DNA of 64,000 nucleotides from Trichormus sp. ATA11-4-KO1 (GTDB lineage: Bacteria; Cyanobacteriota; Cyanobacteriia; Cyanobacteriales; Nostocaceae). The translations under genes and the position numbers were made by a program. The notes beneath the pieces were generated by a model. It saw only the letters and a program-made list of their open reading frames with translations, ran no database searches and was not told where the DNA came from. Of the stretch, positions 18,913 through 29,896 are shown one piece after another (the first letter of the stretch is position 1; every line of letters begins with the position of its first letter). The DNA lies in the NCBI GenBank assembly GCA_019358915.1, contig JAHHIM010000013.1:1-64000 (forward strand). Direction: 5' to 3'.

Positions 18913-19020
18913 AGGTTAAGTATATTAATGCTGAGAGTTTTCTTTGAGGATGGGCATTTCGCCCGTTGGTGCAGGCTGCAAAAGTTATTTCTCATATACA
19001 TGTCCTGCGGGAAGAAAATA

Positions 19021-19938
19021 TCACTCTTCTACCATTTTTACCCCAGCCAAATCTAAAATTTGGGGAATCAAATCTTCCCGCTTGACTGCCATCATGTGGA
19101 CACCCTGACATAATTGCCGTGCAATTTGTACTTGCTCGGCGGCAATTTTCATTCCTTCCTCAAGGGGGTCTTTTGCCTGTGCCAACTTATCAATAATATG
19201 CTGGGGAATATTGACACCCGGAACACACCGATTAATAAACTGAGCATTCTTGGCCGATTTCAACAGAAAAATTCCTGCCAAAATCGGTTTTTTATGAACA
19301 GAAGCTATCGTATCCATAAACTTTTCTAGCCGCTCAAAGTCTGTAATTAATTGACTTTGAAAAAACTGCGCTCCTGCTGCAATTTTGCGTTCAAATCGAC
19401 TTTGTAAGCCTGACCAACTAGCACATTGCGGATCTACCGCCGCACCAGCAAATAAATCTGTCGCGCCATCTGTCAAGGATTTCTCATTACAATCAACGCC
19501 CTGATTCATCTTCCGAATTAGTTGCAATAGTCGCACAGATTCCAAGTCAAACACACCTTTAGCATCTGGGTGATCGCCTGCTTTCACTGGGTCACCAGTC
19601 AAAGCTAATATATTACGGATACCCAAGGCATGAGCGCCCATGAGGTCTGCTTGTAGACCAATGCGGTTGCGATCGCGGCAAGCAATCTGACAAATTGGCT
19701 CAATGCCATTTTGCAATAAAATCGCCGATGCTACTAAAGAAGACATCCGCATTACGGCGCGGCTACCATCGGTAATATTGACGGCATGAACCCTCCCCTT
19801 AAGGGTCGCCGCCATGGCAATCATATGAGCGGGGTTTCCCCCTTTCGGGGGTGCTACTTCGGCAGTCACTAAAAATTTACCCGCTTGCACGGCTCTACGA
19901 AAGTAATTCGGGGCTGTGACACTTTGGGTTTCCTGCAT
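19021..19938 (-). CDS. metF: Methylenetetrahydrofolate reductase
   Basis: TAEVAPPKG, NITDG, CRDRN, LALTGDP and FFQSQ. Confidence 0.9.
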   Translation of the reverse strand: MQETQSVTAPNYFRRAVQAGKFLVTAEVAPPKGGNPAHMIAMAATLKGRVHAVNITDGSRAVMRMSSLVASAILLQNGIEPICQIACRDRNRIGLQADLMGAHALGIRNILALTGDPVKAGDHPDAKGVFDLESVRLLQLIRKMNQGVDCNEKSLTDGATDLFAGAAVDPQCASWSGLQSRFERKIAAGAQFFQSQLITDFERLEKFMDTIASVHKKPILAGIFLLKSAKNAQFINRCVPGVNIPQHIIDKLAQAKDPLEEGMKIAAEQVQIARQLCQGVHMMAVKREDLIPQILDLAGVKMVEE

Positions 19939-19997
19939 AAGATTAATGTCTGGGTTTTTTAAAAGGGTATAACGAATTACACCCAAAAGCGAAAACC

Positions 19998-21005
19998 TTA
20001 TAGAGGCGTAGAATAGCCCAAAGCGGCTTTTACTTGTGCCAGAGTTTGATTAGCGATCGCCTCAGCTTTTTTTCGTCCATGGCGTAATACAGACTCTAGA
20101 TAAGCTTGATCCTCCATAATTGACTGATATTTTTCTTGGATGGGCTTTAATGCATTAATTGTTGTTTCTATCAACAATGGTTTAAATTGTCCCCAGCCCA
20201 TATCCTGACATTCTGCGGCTACTGCTTCCTTGGTCTTCCCAGATAGCAACATATACAGCGTTAACAAGTTATTACACTCTGGACGCTCTGGATCATCAAA
20301 AGTCAAACCCCGAACTGGATCAGTTTTACAGCGTTTAATTTTATATTGAATCTGCTCTGGTGAGTCTAGTAAATTAATGCGGCTTAAATCAGAAGGATCA
20401 GACTTAGACATTTTGCGTGTACCATCCGCCAAACTCATCACCCTTGCCCCTTCCTTACGAATTAAAGGGTCTGGTAACTTAATTATTGGCTGGTCTTTAC
20501 CAAACAAGTGATTAAACCGGGCGGCAATATCCCTTGTTAGTTCCAAGTGTTGCTTTTGGTCTTCACCTACTGGTACTTTATCGGCTTGATACAGCAAAAT
20601 ATCAGCAGCCATTAGCACTGGGTAGTCCAACAAGCCAACATTTACATTTTCACCTTGCTTGACGGCCTTTTCTTTGAACTGGATCATGTCTTCCAACCAG
20701 TTTAAAGGTGTAATGCAGTTAAACAACCAGGTAAGTTCGCTGTGGGCAGAGACGTGAGATTGCACAAAAATAGTGGAGTGATTTAAATCCAGTCCACAAG
20801 CTAGATAAAGCGCTACCAAGGTATAGGTATCAGACGCTAACCGTGTGGGGTCGTGTGGCACTGTAATCGCGTGTAAATCTGCCACGAAGAGGTAATTTTC
20901 GTATTCGCTCTGACCTTCCACCCAGTTGCGAATGGCTCCCAAATAATTGCCTAGATGATAATTACCCGTTGGTTGAACTCCAGAAAGAACACGCTGCTTG
21001 CCCAT
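19998..21005 (-). CDS. trpS: Tryptophanyl-tRNA synthetase
   Basis: SGVQPTG, HLGN, VPVGEDQKQHLE and KMSKS. Confidence 0.97.
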   Translation of the reverse strand: MGKQRVLSGVQPTGNYHLGNYLGAIRNWVEGQSEYENYLFVADLHAITVPHDPTRLASDTYTLVALYLACGLDLNHSTIFVQSHVSAHSELTWLFNCITPLNWLEDMIQFKEKAVKQGENVNVGLLDYPVLMAADILLYQADKVPVGEDQKQHLELTRDIAARFNHLFGKDQPIIKLPDPLIRKEGARVMSLADGTRKMSKSDPSDLSRINLLDSPEQIQYKIKRCKTDPVRGLTFDDPERPECNNLLTLYMLLSGKTKEAVAAECQDMGWGQFKPLLIETTINALKPIQEKYQSIMEDQAYLESVLRHGRKKAEAIANQTLAQVKAALGYSTPL

Positions 21006-21072
21006 AAATTTCACTTTAGTCATCAGTCAGTAGTCATTAGACATTAGCGCTTTTGCTAACTCTTTAAATCAT

Positions 21073-21219
21073 AACTGGGTAGCTTTTACCTTACTCAGTG
21101 CTGAGTGCTGAGTCAAAAGAAGAAGAAGGAAGGACTTTCGCACTCGGTACAAGCCCCGTCCCTTGTGGTCACTGAGCCTTGCCGAAGTGTGGGCGGTTTT
21201 TTAACTCAGCACTCTTCAT
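21073..21219. repeat. Dispersed MITE-like element with inverted STRR arms, copy 1
   Basis: Reverse-complement match to 52799-53008. Confidence 0.75.
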
Positions 21220-21334
21220 AGCAACGCGCATCTTTTTCATGAAGCGGCTGTGAAGTTGCAAATGAGAGGTTTTCCCGATGTCTGGATGAGAAATTCGCCG
21301 CATGGTGGAATTAAACATCTACATCTAAATTTCG

Positions 21335-21661
21335 ATGCATCCTGTAATTCTCATTTTCTGGGTATTGCTCATGTCATTCACCTTGTGGCTGGCTTTTCTG
21401 GTCTTACAAGGTAATAAAACTCAAGGACGCTACTACACCACCAGAAAGAAATCAATACACCAACACAAACCCAGGCAAAGGCACAAGTATCAAAACAACA
21501 TCCCCAAGACAGGCAATTGGCATAAACTTTTGACTCTAGTTCACGGTGATGCCGCCGCAGCAGAGAGATTGGTGAAATATGAACAAAACCGCAATCCCGA
21601 TCGCAGCGTTGATTGGTGCGTAGAAAAAGCACTCTGGCAACTAAAACGCGATCGCCGTTAA
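21335..21661 (+). CDS. Hypothetical protein with N-terminal TM
   Basis: C-terminal LVHGDAAAAERL...W.VEKALWQLKRDRR motif typical of small cyanobacterial proteins. Confidence 0.75.
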   Translation: MHPVILIFWVLLMSFTLWLAFLVLQGNKTQGRYYTTRKKSIHQHKPRQRHKYQNNIPKTGNWHKLLTLVHGDAAAAERLVKYEQNRNPDRSVDWCVEKALWQLKRDRR

Positions 21662-21727
21662 GCTCAATCCTCACTGGTGAACTTTATTTGCGCCGACCTA
21701 CTTAGGTGTTTTAAATTTGCAAGAGAA

Positions 21728-22351
21728 TTACCCACGCAACAAGTTTCTTAACCACCTAATAGCTTCACTGGTTGTTTGTTCATTGGCAATTTGGAAGCAT
21801 TGCTGCACAATTTCGGAAACATGAGAAAAGTAACTGCTTTGTGTAATTACATAATTTTCACCCTGCAATCTATAAACTAACAACTGCTTATTTTTTAACA
21901 GCCAAACCTCTGGCACTTTGTAAGGGAGATAGTCATGAATATCAGTATAACTAGTAACATCAACCTCAATCACTAAATCTGGTGGAGGGTCATTTTGCCA
22001 ATCGATACGGTTCTTACCTACTACGGCTCTCCAATTTTCAATATAAAAACAATAGTCAGGCTCAATGCCGCTAACCAGAGGCAAACTCATGGTAATAGGT
22101 GTAAATGAGTCATATCTTTGCTCTAAATTATCCAACAACACCTTCGCAATATCCGCCAATAAACTCGCATCTCTTCCATGTTCTGGTAGCGGTGCCATCA
22201 GCAAAATCTCTCCAGGTCGATACTTGATCCGGGGACAGGCGCGATCGCCTAGTTGCTGACTCAGTACTTGATAATCTTGCCAGTTTCCCAAAAGTTTTAA
22301 CACCGCACCTGGTGGCATCTCGATTTTTTCAGGTGTAATTACCGTATGCAT
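21728..22351 (-). CDS. Uma2/DUF820 family putative endonuclease
   Basis: IEPDYCFY, PPDLVIEVDVTS and VPEVW. Confidence 0.9.
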   Translation of the reverse strand: MHTVITPEKIEMPPGAVLKLLGNWQDYQVLSQQLGDRACPRIKYRPGEILLMAPLPEHGRDASLLADIAKVLLDNLEQRYDSFTPITMSLPLVSGIEPDYCFYIENWRAVVGKNRIDWQNDPPPDLVIEVDVTSYTDIHDYLPYKVPEVWLLKNKQLLVYRLQGENYVITQSSYFSHVSEIVQQCFQIANEQTTSEAIRWLRNLLRG

Positions 22352-22541
22352 ATGCGTCTGCTGTGAGAAAATCCATCCAAACTGGAGAGGAAATTAAAGA
22401 GGGCGATCGCCACTTTCTTCATCATACGAGCGTGTTAACTAGAAACATGACAACCTGTTGTGAAATTTGGTAATTGCTATATTCTTTCCAAAATATTTTA
22501 TAAAGAAATGTGATAATAAGAACGCACATAAATAAACAGTA

Positions 22542-23339
22542 ATGAAATTTATTGGCATTGATTTAGGCTGGAAATCGCAACCAAGCGGTTTATGCTGCTT
22601 AGAACTAATCGCAGGAAAACTACAAATACTAGATTTAGACCGTTTAGAATTTATTGCAGACATCCTCACTTGGATTGATCAAAGGGTACAACCAGAAGAA
22701 CCTGCCCTCATTGCCGTAGATGCACCCACCTTGATCCCCAACGCTACAGGGAGTCGTCTCCCCGACAAACTCACTCACAAATACTTTGGTAAATATCACG
22801 CCGGATGCTACCCAGCTAATCAAAATCTCCCCTTCGCAGAACGCACCATCAACTTTGGCTTAGAATTAGAATCTCGTGGATTTGCCCATGCACCTGTCAT
22901 TGATCCCCAAAAACCAGGCAGATATCAAATAGAAGTTTTTCCCCATCCCGCAATAGTAAATTTATTCCACTTAGAACGTATTCTCAAATATAAAAAAGGA
23001 CGCCTCAGTGAGCGTCGCTTAGAATTAATTAAACTCTACAATTTCATTGTTGATATTCTGCCATCTCTGACTCCCCCTCTGTGTCACGCCACTTGCTTTA
23101 TGCCGGGGAACCCGTCCACCGCAGTGGCTCCTCTGCGCCTCTGTGGTTCCTTTAATTCCGAGATCCCCACCACAGGCGCAGCACTCAAAACAGCCGAAGA
23201 CAAACTAGACAGCCTCATCTGCGCTTATGTCGCCGCCCATTGGTGGTACTGGGGTGAACAACGTAACCTAGTACTAGGCGATCGCACCACTGGTTACATC
23301 GTCATTCCTCAGAAAATAGGGAGTAGTGGGAATATCTAG
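22542..23339 (+). CDS. DUF429 family protein (RNase H-like fold)
   Basis: FIGIDLGW, AVDAP, IEVFPHP and DKLDSLICA; carries a 15-aa repeat-derived insertion. Confidence 0.85.
   Translation: MKFIGIDLGWKSQPSGLCCLELIAGKLQILDLDRLEFIADILTWIDQRVQPEEPALIAVDAPTLIPNATGSRLPDKLTHKYFGKYHAGCYPANQNLPFAERTINFGLELESRGFAHAPVIDPQKPGRYQIEVFPHPAIVNLFHLERILKYKKGRLSERRLELIKLYNFIVDILPSLTPPLCHATCFMPGNPSTAVAPLRLCGSFNSEIPTTGAALKTAEDKLDSLICAYVAAHWWYWGEQRNLVLGDRTTGYIVIPQKIGSSGNI
23086..23130. repeat. 45-nt dispersed repeat inserted in frame
   Basis: ACGCCACT...AGTGGCTC with inverted ends; removal restores CCTCTGTGTCCTCTGCGCCTCTGTGG. Confidence 0.7.
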
Positions 23340-23390
23340 ATTCCCTACTCCCGTAACCTTCGGGACGCTTCAAGAACAACTACACTTATC

Positions 23391-25955
23391 TCATTCTGCC
23401 CAAGCAATTAACCTAGGCTCATAGGGACTAGACAAGTGTTGATGTTGTGGTAGCACACGTAAAGACAAACCTTGTAAACCAGAGGTAGTGTAGGTGATGT
23501 TAGCCGTGTAAACACTCAATCCTTGTGCATCCTGTCCTTGGTAATCCATGACTACTGGCACAGCATTGACAATTTCACCATTGGCATCAATTGCACCTTG
23601 GTAGAGCTCAACGCGGATATCATCATTTGTCAAAGTTGCTAAGTCAACCTTGGCTTTAACGGCCACGGTTTGGTTAACTTCAATATCGGCATCTGTCGAT
23701 ACATCAATATCTTTGATTTTAATGTTGAACCAGTGTTCGCTCAGTTTTGCTTTCCAAATAGCTAATTCTTTAGCTGGGGCATAGTTATCAGCAGTCAGGA
23801 TATGATAGCGATCGCTGGCGGGGAAATAAGCCCGTTGTGCATAATCCCTTACCATGCGGGCTGTATTAAAGAAAGGACAATTCAAGCGAATTGCATCTTT
23901 CATTTTGGCCACCCATGATCTAGGCAAACCATCAACATCCTGATGATCATAAAACAGAGGTACAACTTCCTTCTCTAGCAACTCGTAGAGAGCGTTAGCT
24001 TCTACCTCGTCTTGATAATTAGGATCGTCGTAATTTTCACCGTGTCCAATTGCCCAACCAGTGCGGACATAATCAGCTTCATCCCACCAGCCATCGAGAA
24101 CGCTTAAATTTGGTAGTCCATTCATGGCTGCTTTCATCCCACTGGTACCAGAAGCTTCCCGTGGACGACGTGGTGTATTTAACCAAATATCACAACCAGC
24201 TACCATCAACCGAGCAATGTGGATGTCATAGTTGGGAACAAACACTACTTGTTTTTCCAAGTGATGTTCGCGGATAAAGTGATTGATGTCGCGGATGAGT
24301 TCTTTCCCTGGAATATCTTTAGGGTGAGCCTTACCAGCAATCACAAATTGCACTTTTCGGTTTTTATTACTCAATAAAATCCGCTTAATGCGTTCCAAAT
24401 CACGCATCCAGAGAGTGGCGCGTTTGTAAGTGGCAAAACGCCGAGCAAAGCCAATGGTTAAAACGTGGGGATCTAGCACTTCTTGAGCTTGATCAATTTC
24501 CAAGGCGGAAGCACCGCGATCGCGTAAATGTTTGACTAAATGCTCTCGCACATACAAAATCATATCTAAGCGGCAGCGTTCATGATTCCGCCACAACTCT
24601 TCATCGGGGATCGCATCCATCCGCTCCCACAATGGGCTATCTGGTGGTGCTGATGACCAATTGGGCCCCAAGTAGCGATCGTATAACTCCTGTGTTGACT
24701 TAGCGACACAACTACGGGCATGGACACCGTTGGTAATAGCGGCAATTGGTACTTCCTCTACTGGTACCTTTTTCCATAATCCCTGGAACATCTGCCGCGA
24801 CACAACACCATGCAACTGAGCTACACCATTAGAAAATGTTGCCATCTTCAAGGCCAATACAGCCATACTAAAGGGCGCTGATAAATCACCAGTATTTTCT
24901 CGTCCCAGCCCTAAAAATTGTTCTTTGGGCAAGCCGAAGATTTCGGCATAGTAACCCAAATAATACAAAATTTTATCGGGAGCAAACAAGTCAATTCCTG
25001 CTGGTACTGGCGTGTGAGTGGTAAAGATATTGCTGGAAGCTACCACTTGTTTAGCTTGGGCATAACTCAACCCTTCTTCCTGAATCAGGATGCGGATACG
25101 CTCTAAAGCCGAGAATCCCGCATGACCTTCATTCATATGATAGGCGGTGACATTATATCCCAATGCTTTCAACATCTGGACACCACCGATTCCCAACATG
25201 ATTTCCTGGTGAATCCGCATATCGATATCACCACCATACAATTGGTCTGTGATGTCGTGGTCGTAAGGATTATTCGGTTCAATGTTGGTGTCCAGCATGT
25301 ATAGCGGCACCATTCCCACTTGTACACGCCAAACTCTGGCATACACTTTGCGTCCTGGATAATCTACGGCAATCCGCAGTTCTGAACCATCGGGATTGCG
25401 TTCCAGGTGCAGAGGCATATTATAAAAATCATTGATGGGGTAGCGTTCCTGCTGCCAGCCATCTGCATTCAGGTATTGGGCAAAGTACCCTTGCTGATAT
25501 AGTAAGCCCACACCCACAAGCGGTAACCCTAAATCGCTAGCAGATTTCAGGTGATCCCCCGCCAAAACACCCAAGCCACCAGAATAAATTGGTAAACAAT
25601 CTACCAATCCAAATTCAGCTGAAAAATAGGCATAGCATTCTTTGGGCTTTTGGCTGCGTTGTTTCTGATACCAAGTACGCTCTTGCAGATAATCTTCTAA
25701 CTGACGATCAGCTCGATCCATTTGGGCTAGGAAGCCTTCATCTTCGACAACTTCCAAAAGCCGCCCCTGACTGATAGTACCCAGCATCAATACGGGGTTA
25801 TGACGGCTAGAATCCCACAAATCGGGGTCTAAACGACGAAATAAATCTTTAGTCTCAACGTTCCAATCCCAGTGCAAGTTATATGCTAGTCGCCGCAGAG
25901 GTTCGAGTCGCTGCGGTAGTGAAGGAGAGACGTTGAAGGTGCGAATTGGCTGCAT
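23391..25955 (-). CDS. glgP: Alpha-glucan (glycogen) phosphorylase
   Basis: YSGGLG, HMNEGH, ARRFATYKR and EASGTSGMK (PLP lysine). Confidence 0.96.
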   Translation of the reverse strand: MQPIRTFNVSPSLPQRLEPLRRLAYNLHWDWNVETKDLFRRLDPDLWDSSRHNPVLMLGTISQGRLLEVVEDEGFLAQMDRADRQLEDYLQERTWYQKQRSQKPKECYAYFSAEFGLVDCLPIYSGGLGVLAGDHLKSASDLGLPLVGVGLLYQQGYFAQYLNADGWQQERYPINDFYNMPLHLERNPDGSELRIAVDYPGRKVYARVWRVQVGMVPLYMLDTNIEPNNPYDHDITDQLYGGDIDMRIHQEIMLGIGGVQMLKALGYNVTAYHMNEGHAGFSALERIRILIQEEGLSYAQAKQVVASSNIFTTHTPVPAGIDLFAPDKILYYLGYYAEIFGLPKEQFLGLGRENTGDLSAPFSMAVLALKMATFSNGVAQLHGVVSRQMFQGLWKKVPVEEVPIAAITNGVHARSCVAKSTQELYDRYLGPNWSSAPPDSPLWERMDAIPDEELWRNHERCRLDMILYVREHLVKHLRDRGASALEIDQAQEVLDPHVLTIGFARRFATYKRATLWMRDLERIKRILLSNKNRKVQFVIAGKAHPKDIPGKELIRDINHFIREHHLEKQVVFVPNYDIHIARLMVAGCDIWLNTPRRPREASGTSGMKAAMNGLPNLSVLDGWWDEADYVRTGWAIGHGENYDDPNYQDEVEANALYELLEKEVVPLFYDHQDVDGLPRSWVAKMKDAIRLNCPFFNTARMVRDYAQRAYFPASDRYHILTADNYAPAKELAIWKAKLSEHWFNIKIKDIDVSTDADIEVNQTVAVKAKVDLATLTNDDIRVELYQGAIDANGEIVNAVPVVMDYQGQDAQGLSVYTANITYTTSGLQGLSLRVLPQHQHLSSPYEPRLIAWAE

Positions 25956-26034
25956 AGATTGGCAAAACTCCAAGTGTAGATACGGTTATTGTTTACTGTC
26001 TTTACCCAATGTTGCCAATTCTTTCTACTGTGTT

Positions 26035-26052
26035 TGTAAAATTGCGATGACT
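26035..26052 (-). promoter_or_regulatory. Putative NrrA binding site upstream of glgP
   Basis: Minus strand AGTCATCGCAATTTTACA vs recalled consensus TGTCATCNNAANTTNACA (1 mismatch); glgP is a known NrrA target. Confidence 0.65.
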
Positions 26053-26599
26053 TTGTTAAGCATTGAGAGTGATTCTTTCCATCGCTGGTAAAGTTTACAC
26101 TAAGGGCATTTCTAAGTCTATGCGTTCCCCTCAGGTATATACTGAGTATATGAAAATTTAATCATTATCTAGCATGTAATATTTAACTAAATCTCAACAA
26201 TTTTAATTTCACTGGCAACTTCAGCTAGCAATTACCGTGAAAACTCAGCTACCGCATAACTTCCCTGCCCGGGAAGAGCTACTGCTTCAGAAAAAAGCTT
26301 GATATGTTTAAGTATTTTGGACAATTTTTTAATTTTTTCTTAAGCTTTTTGTGATTTAAGCTACACAATTTACCTAATCATGTAAATTATAACAGTAATT
26401 AGCTTCACTTTTTTGACATAAACAAAGTGAGGCAACAAGCAATTTAAGAATAGGCGATCGCTGGAGGCAAAAAATTAAAGAAATAAGTATTGATTGTATC
26501 TATATTCAGGGGTACTTGGAGATATACTTCTGTTTGATCGTCTATCTCCAAAAGCACAAGCCGAATGCCCCTAATTACCTTAGCAAATCTAATATATTT

Positions 26600-26917
26600 T
26601 TACGTGCCTAAAGAAGGTTGATCTTGCTTATTTTGAGGCATCGTTAGCGCAACTGCTGCGGCAAAAGCAATCTCTGCTGCTATTTGATAAGCAAGTTTGA
26701 TATTGGATGCAGTATCCTTGCTGTGGGATGAGAGTTTTTGAGTACGTGACTCTTGTTTAACATCACCAGCTACGACAGCTCGCTGCAAGATAATAAAGGC
26801 ATCTAAATCATCTGAATCGTAACTAGCTTGAAGTAACACTTGCATCTGGTTTTGGGCTGCAACACTCAAATAGCCAGTATTTAAAGCTTGTTGGACAATT
26901 TCTTTAATTAAAACCAT
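26600..26917 (-). CDS. Small conserved cyanobacterial hypothetical protein
   Basis: IKEIVQQALNTGYLS...YDSDDLDAFIILQ...G.V.QESR core plus an Ala-rich C-terminal extension. Confidence 0.75.
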   Translation of the reverse strand: MVLIKEIVQQALNTGYLSVAAQNQMQVLLQASYDSDDLDAFIILQRAVVAGDVKQESRTQKLSSHSKDTASNIKLAYQIAAEIAFAAAVALTMPQNKQDQPSLGT

Positions 26918-28591
26918 AATTTGAACCAAGTGTATGAGTTTGGTTTCGTCGTGTAGAGTGATCCCCGATGCAAGGTATGTCTAGAGTTTCTCCAAAATTT
27001 ATAATGGATAGTGTCGAGTACACATCACCCATTTGGATCACCTGATCGGGTGATTTACAAATTTCGGATTATTAGGTAAAAGCTCATTCAAAACTTTAAA
27101 ATTTTTAGCTGTTTTAGAATATAGTTGAGGAAAAGTATCGCAAATTTCATTTTGAGTATAACCAATACCTGTGGCAAACAACTCCCTCAAATCTTGTATC
27201 ATGACCAACAACCGCCATAGATTATAAACCTATGACTAATAGTAAAAGTCCTTTGATGGCAGATTGTCAGTCCATTGAGTGGACTTCAGCTATTAACCAA
27301 TAAATTAATTTATTGTTGGGAAATTGGGCAGATATAAGATTTGAGCCTGATGCTTCATATTAATAGGCATACACTCCGGAAATATATATCTAGAGCATGA
27401 AATAATATATCAGTTTTGCTTATTGATATCACTAAACAGAACTTTGCCCGATTAGTTAAATTAATTCAGTATCAGCAATTTTTACCAATTGTATGTATTA
27501 GCATTTGCTACCACTGTTTGATTACAAAATAACTTAAAAGATGAGCATCAAATCCAAGGAACTAAATTAGTTATGGCTGAGAGTAAAATAACTAGCTCCA
27601 GTATAAAATTCTCATAATCGGAGATAAGGTAGCAAGTTTTTTCAGTAAAGCGATCGCTTGGTAAATATCTATAGTATGTACCAGAAATTAGCTCATATTT
27701 AATTTAATATTATGTATTTTTTTTTATAAGTATTAAAACATTTGATTGTGATTAGTACGCAATTAATAATGTCGTTTTAATTTTGAATTTTTCATGGCAA
27801 GCAAAATTGCCTAAAACTTGCTGATTAAAAGTGTTCCAATAAAAATAAATTGTGTTAATGTTAGAAACAACTGTCACGAAAAATCATTCATGTAATTGGA
27901 ATTGTGATTTGGTTCGCCTGTAACTCATCGGTTTGCAACATGATTAGCGCAGCATACTCTAGAAATTCGTTGCAAGAAAGTCGTCATCGCAGTCGAGGAA
28001 GCGCTTACTTGTTTGCACCGATGGTGAACTTTAATGCGATGGCTGAAGTTGGTGATACTCCACCTTAATTTTGATTTGCTTGTATAACAACACAACTAAG
28101 AACTCAATAATTAGAGGAATGCCAAAAGCGGTAAGCAAAGCCATTCTCGTAAAGGCTTTACGCAGGTTTTAAATAGTCGGCAAAGGCGGTGATTCCAGCG
28201 CTGCATCCGTTTGACTCCGAGCAAGCAACTGGCCTTAGCACCAAGCGTGTTCAGTCTGGCAAATAGCAACATTTTTGCTGAATCTGATCCAGAAAAATTA
28301 GTACAAGGTTTTTTATTAGCCACCGCAATTGATGTGCCGGGAAATCGAGTCACATTATGCATATCAATGTCATGCGATCGCCTCAAGTTAGAGAATTTCT
28401 AACTTACTCAAACCTCGATCTGAGTTTTCTATTCCCTGAAAAGACTATCTAAACAATCGCGGAAAGTTTTGTATCCGTAAAAACCACATTTATCAATTTT
28501 AAAATATCAGGATAATTAGCACTACCAGAAGTCAGGATACATTCCCAACATATCTTCGATCTGAAATACTTTATCTGAGAGCTATTTAATC

Positions 28592-29281
28592 ATGAATAAC
28601 CAGCGATACTCCTCAAAATGGCAGCGATTCCAAGAATTATTGCTCACCACTTTGTTAGGGGATATTCCCACAATTGCTCTTGGCCCTAAACTACGTAATC
28701 TGGTATATCGTAGGCTTTTTGCTCGGATGGGTAGCTCAGTTTATATCCAAAATGGTGTGGAATTCCTGGGTACTTCTGCCATTGAAATTGGCAGTGGAGT
28801 GTACATTTTCAAAGGTGTACGTATAGATGCCCAAGGACATCAAAATAATAAAATTTATCTGGGAAATGGAGTGGCAATTGAGCGTTACGTTGATATCGGT
28901 TGTTTAGAAGACACTTGCCTATACATTGATGATGCAACATTCATCGCTCCTAATGTCTGTATTGCTGGGCCTGGAGATATCAAAATTGGTAAGCACTGTA
29001 TGATAGCAGCCCATACAGGAATATATGCTAATGCCCATAAATTTACTGACCCGACAAAACCCATGAGATTGCAAGGAGTAACTCGTAAGGGAATTGTGAT
29101 TGAAGATGACTGTTGGTTAGGGCATGGGGTGACTGTACTGGATGGTGTTACTATCGGCAAAGGCAGCGTCATTGGCGCCGGAACGGTTGTCAACAGAGAT
29201 ATTCCCCCGTTTTCTGTGGCTGTAGGTGCGCCTGCACGAGTCATCAAAAGCCGAATTAGCAAGAATTTAGTAGCATCATAG
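28592..29281 (+). CDS. Hexapeptide-repeat (LbH) acyltransferase
   Basis: IVIEDDCWLG, GVTIGKGSVIGAG and GAPARVI. Confidence 0.9.
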   Translation: MNNQRYSSKWQRFQELLLTTLLGDIPTIALGPKLRNLVYRRLFARMGSSVYIQNGVEFLGTSAIEIGSGVYIFKGVRIDAQGHQNNKIYLGNGVAIERYVDIGCLEDTCLYIDDATFIAPNVCIAGPGDIKIGKHCMIAAHTGIYANAHKFTDPTKPMRLQGVTRKGIVIEDDCWLGHGVTVLDGVTIGKGSVIGAGTVVNRDIPPFSVAVGAPARVIKSRISKNLVAS

Positions 29282-29612
29282 AGCTAGGGAAATCTTGGTG
29301 GCAATTTGGCGAACAGAAATGGCAGACTGTAGAGAAAAACAATAGTGATGGGAAACTTCCCCCGTGAGTAAACGTCACAAGAGTAACCAGTCAACAATAA
29401 CTTAGGGGCATTGACCAGTTAAGCAAACCTCAGCACTAGATACATAGCCAACCTCGCTGCGATCTCCATGAGGATTCAACGAGGTAGTTATCTACTCTTG
29501 CCAGAGTCATCTCAAAAAGGGTCGAGATTTCGGTAATATAAAGTAGCTATCTTTTCTGCATGGCAGATACTGAGAGAGAAGCTTTTTTCTCACACCCTTT
29601 GGAGATATTTCT

Positions 29613-29729
29613 ATGCTGGCTTTAAAAATCACTGTTTATATTGTTGTTGCCTTCTTTGTGGCTATTTTCGTCTTCGGATTTTTGTCGAACGATCCAGCTC
29701 GTAACCCCGGACGTCGGGATTCAGAGTAG
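29613..29729 (+). CDS. psbI: Photosystem II protein I
   Basis: Manual translation [45 protein letters not shown] upstream; below the ORF-track cutoff. Confidence 0.96.
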   Translation: MLALKITVYIVVAFFVAIFVFGFLSNDPARNPGRRDSE

Positions 29730-29896
29730 GATTTTGACAAATTATCCATCTACAACTGCCGGAAGACGGAAAACACCGAACCTCCTTCTTTTGGCAGCTT
29801 GCTACATGTAGGCAGACAGCAAAAGTCGGAAGGCAAAAGGTAAATTCATCCTTCCGGCTATCAATTGGCTATTTGTTTAGCTCGATTTGCCCAGAT

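Noticed and set aside
21728..23339. Uma2 + DUF429 as a defence system
   Set aside because: Divergent genes; both families are common stand-alone genes in cyanobacteria.
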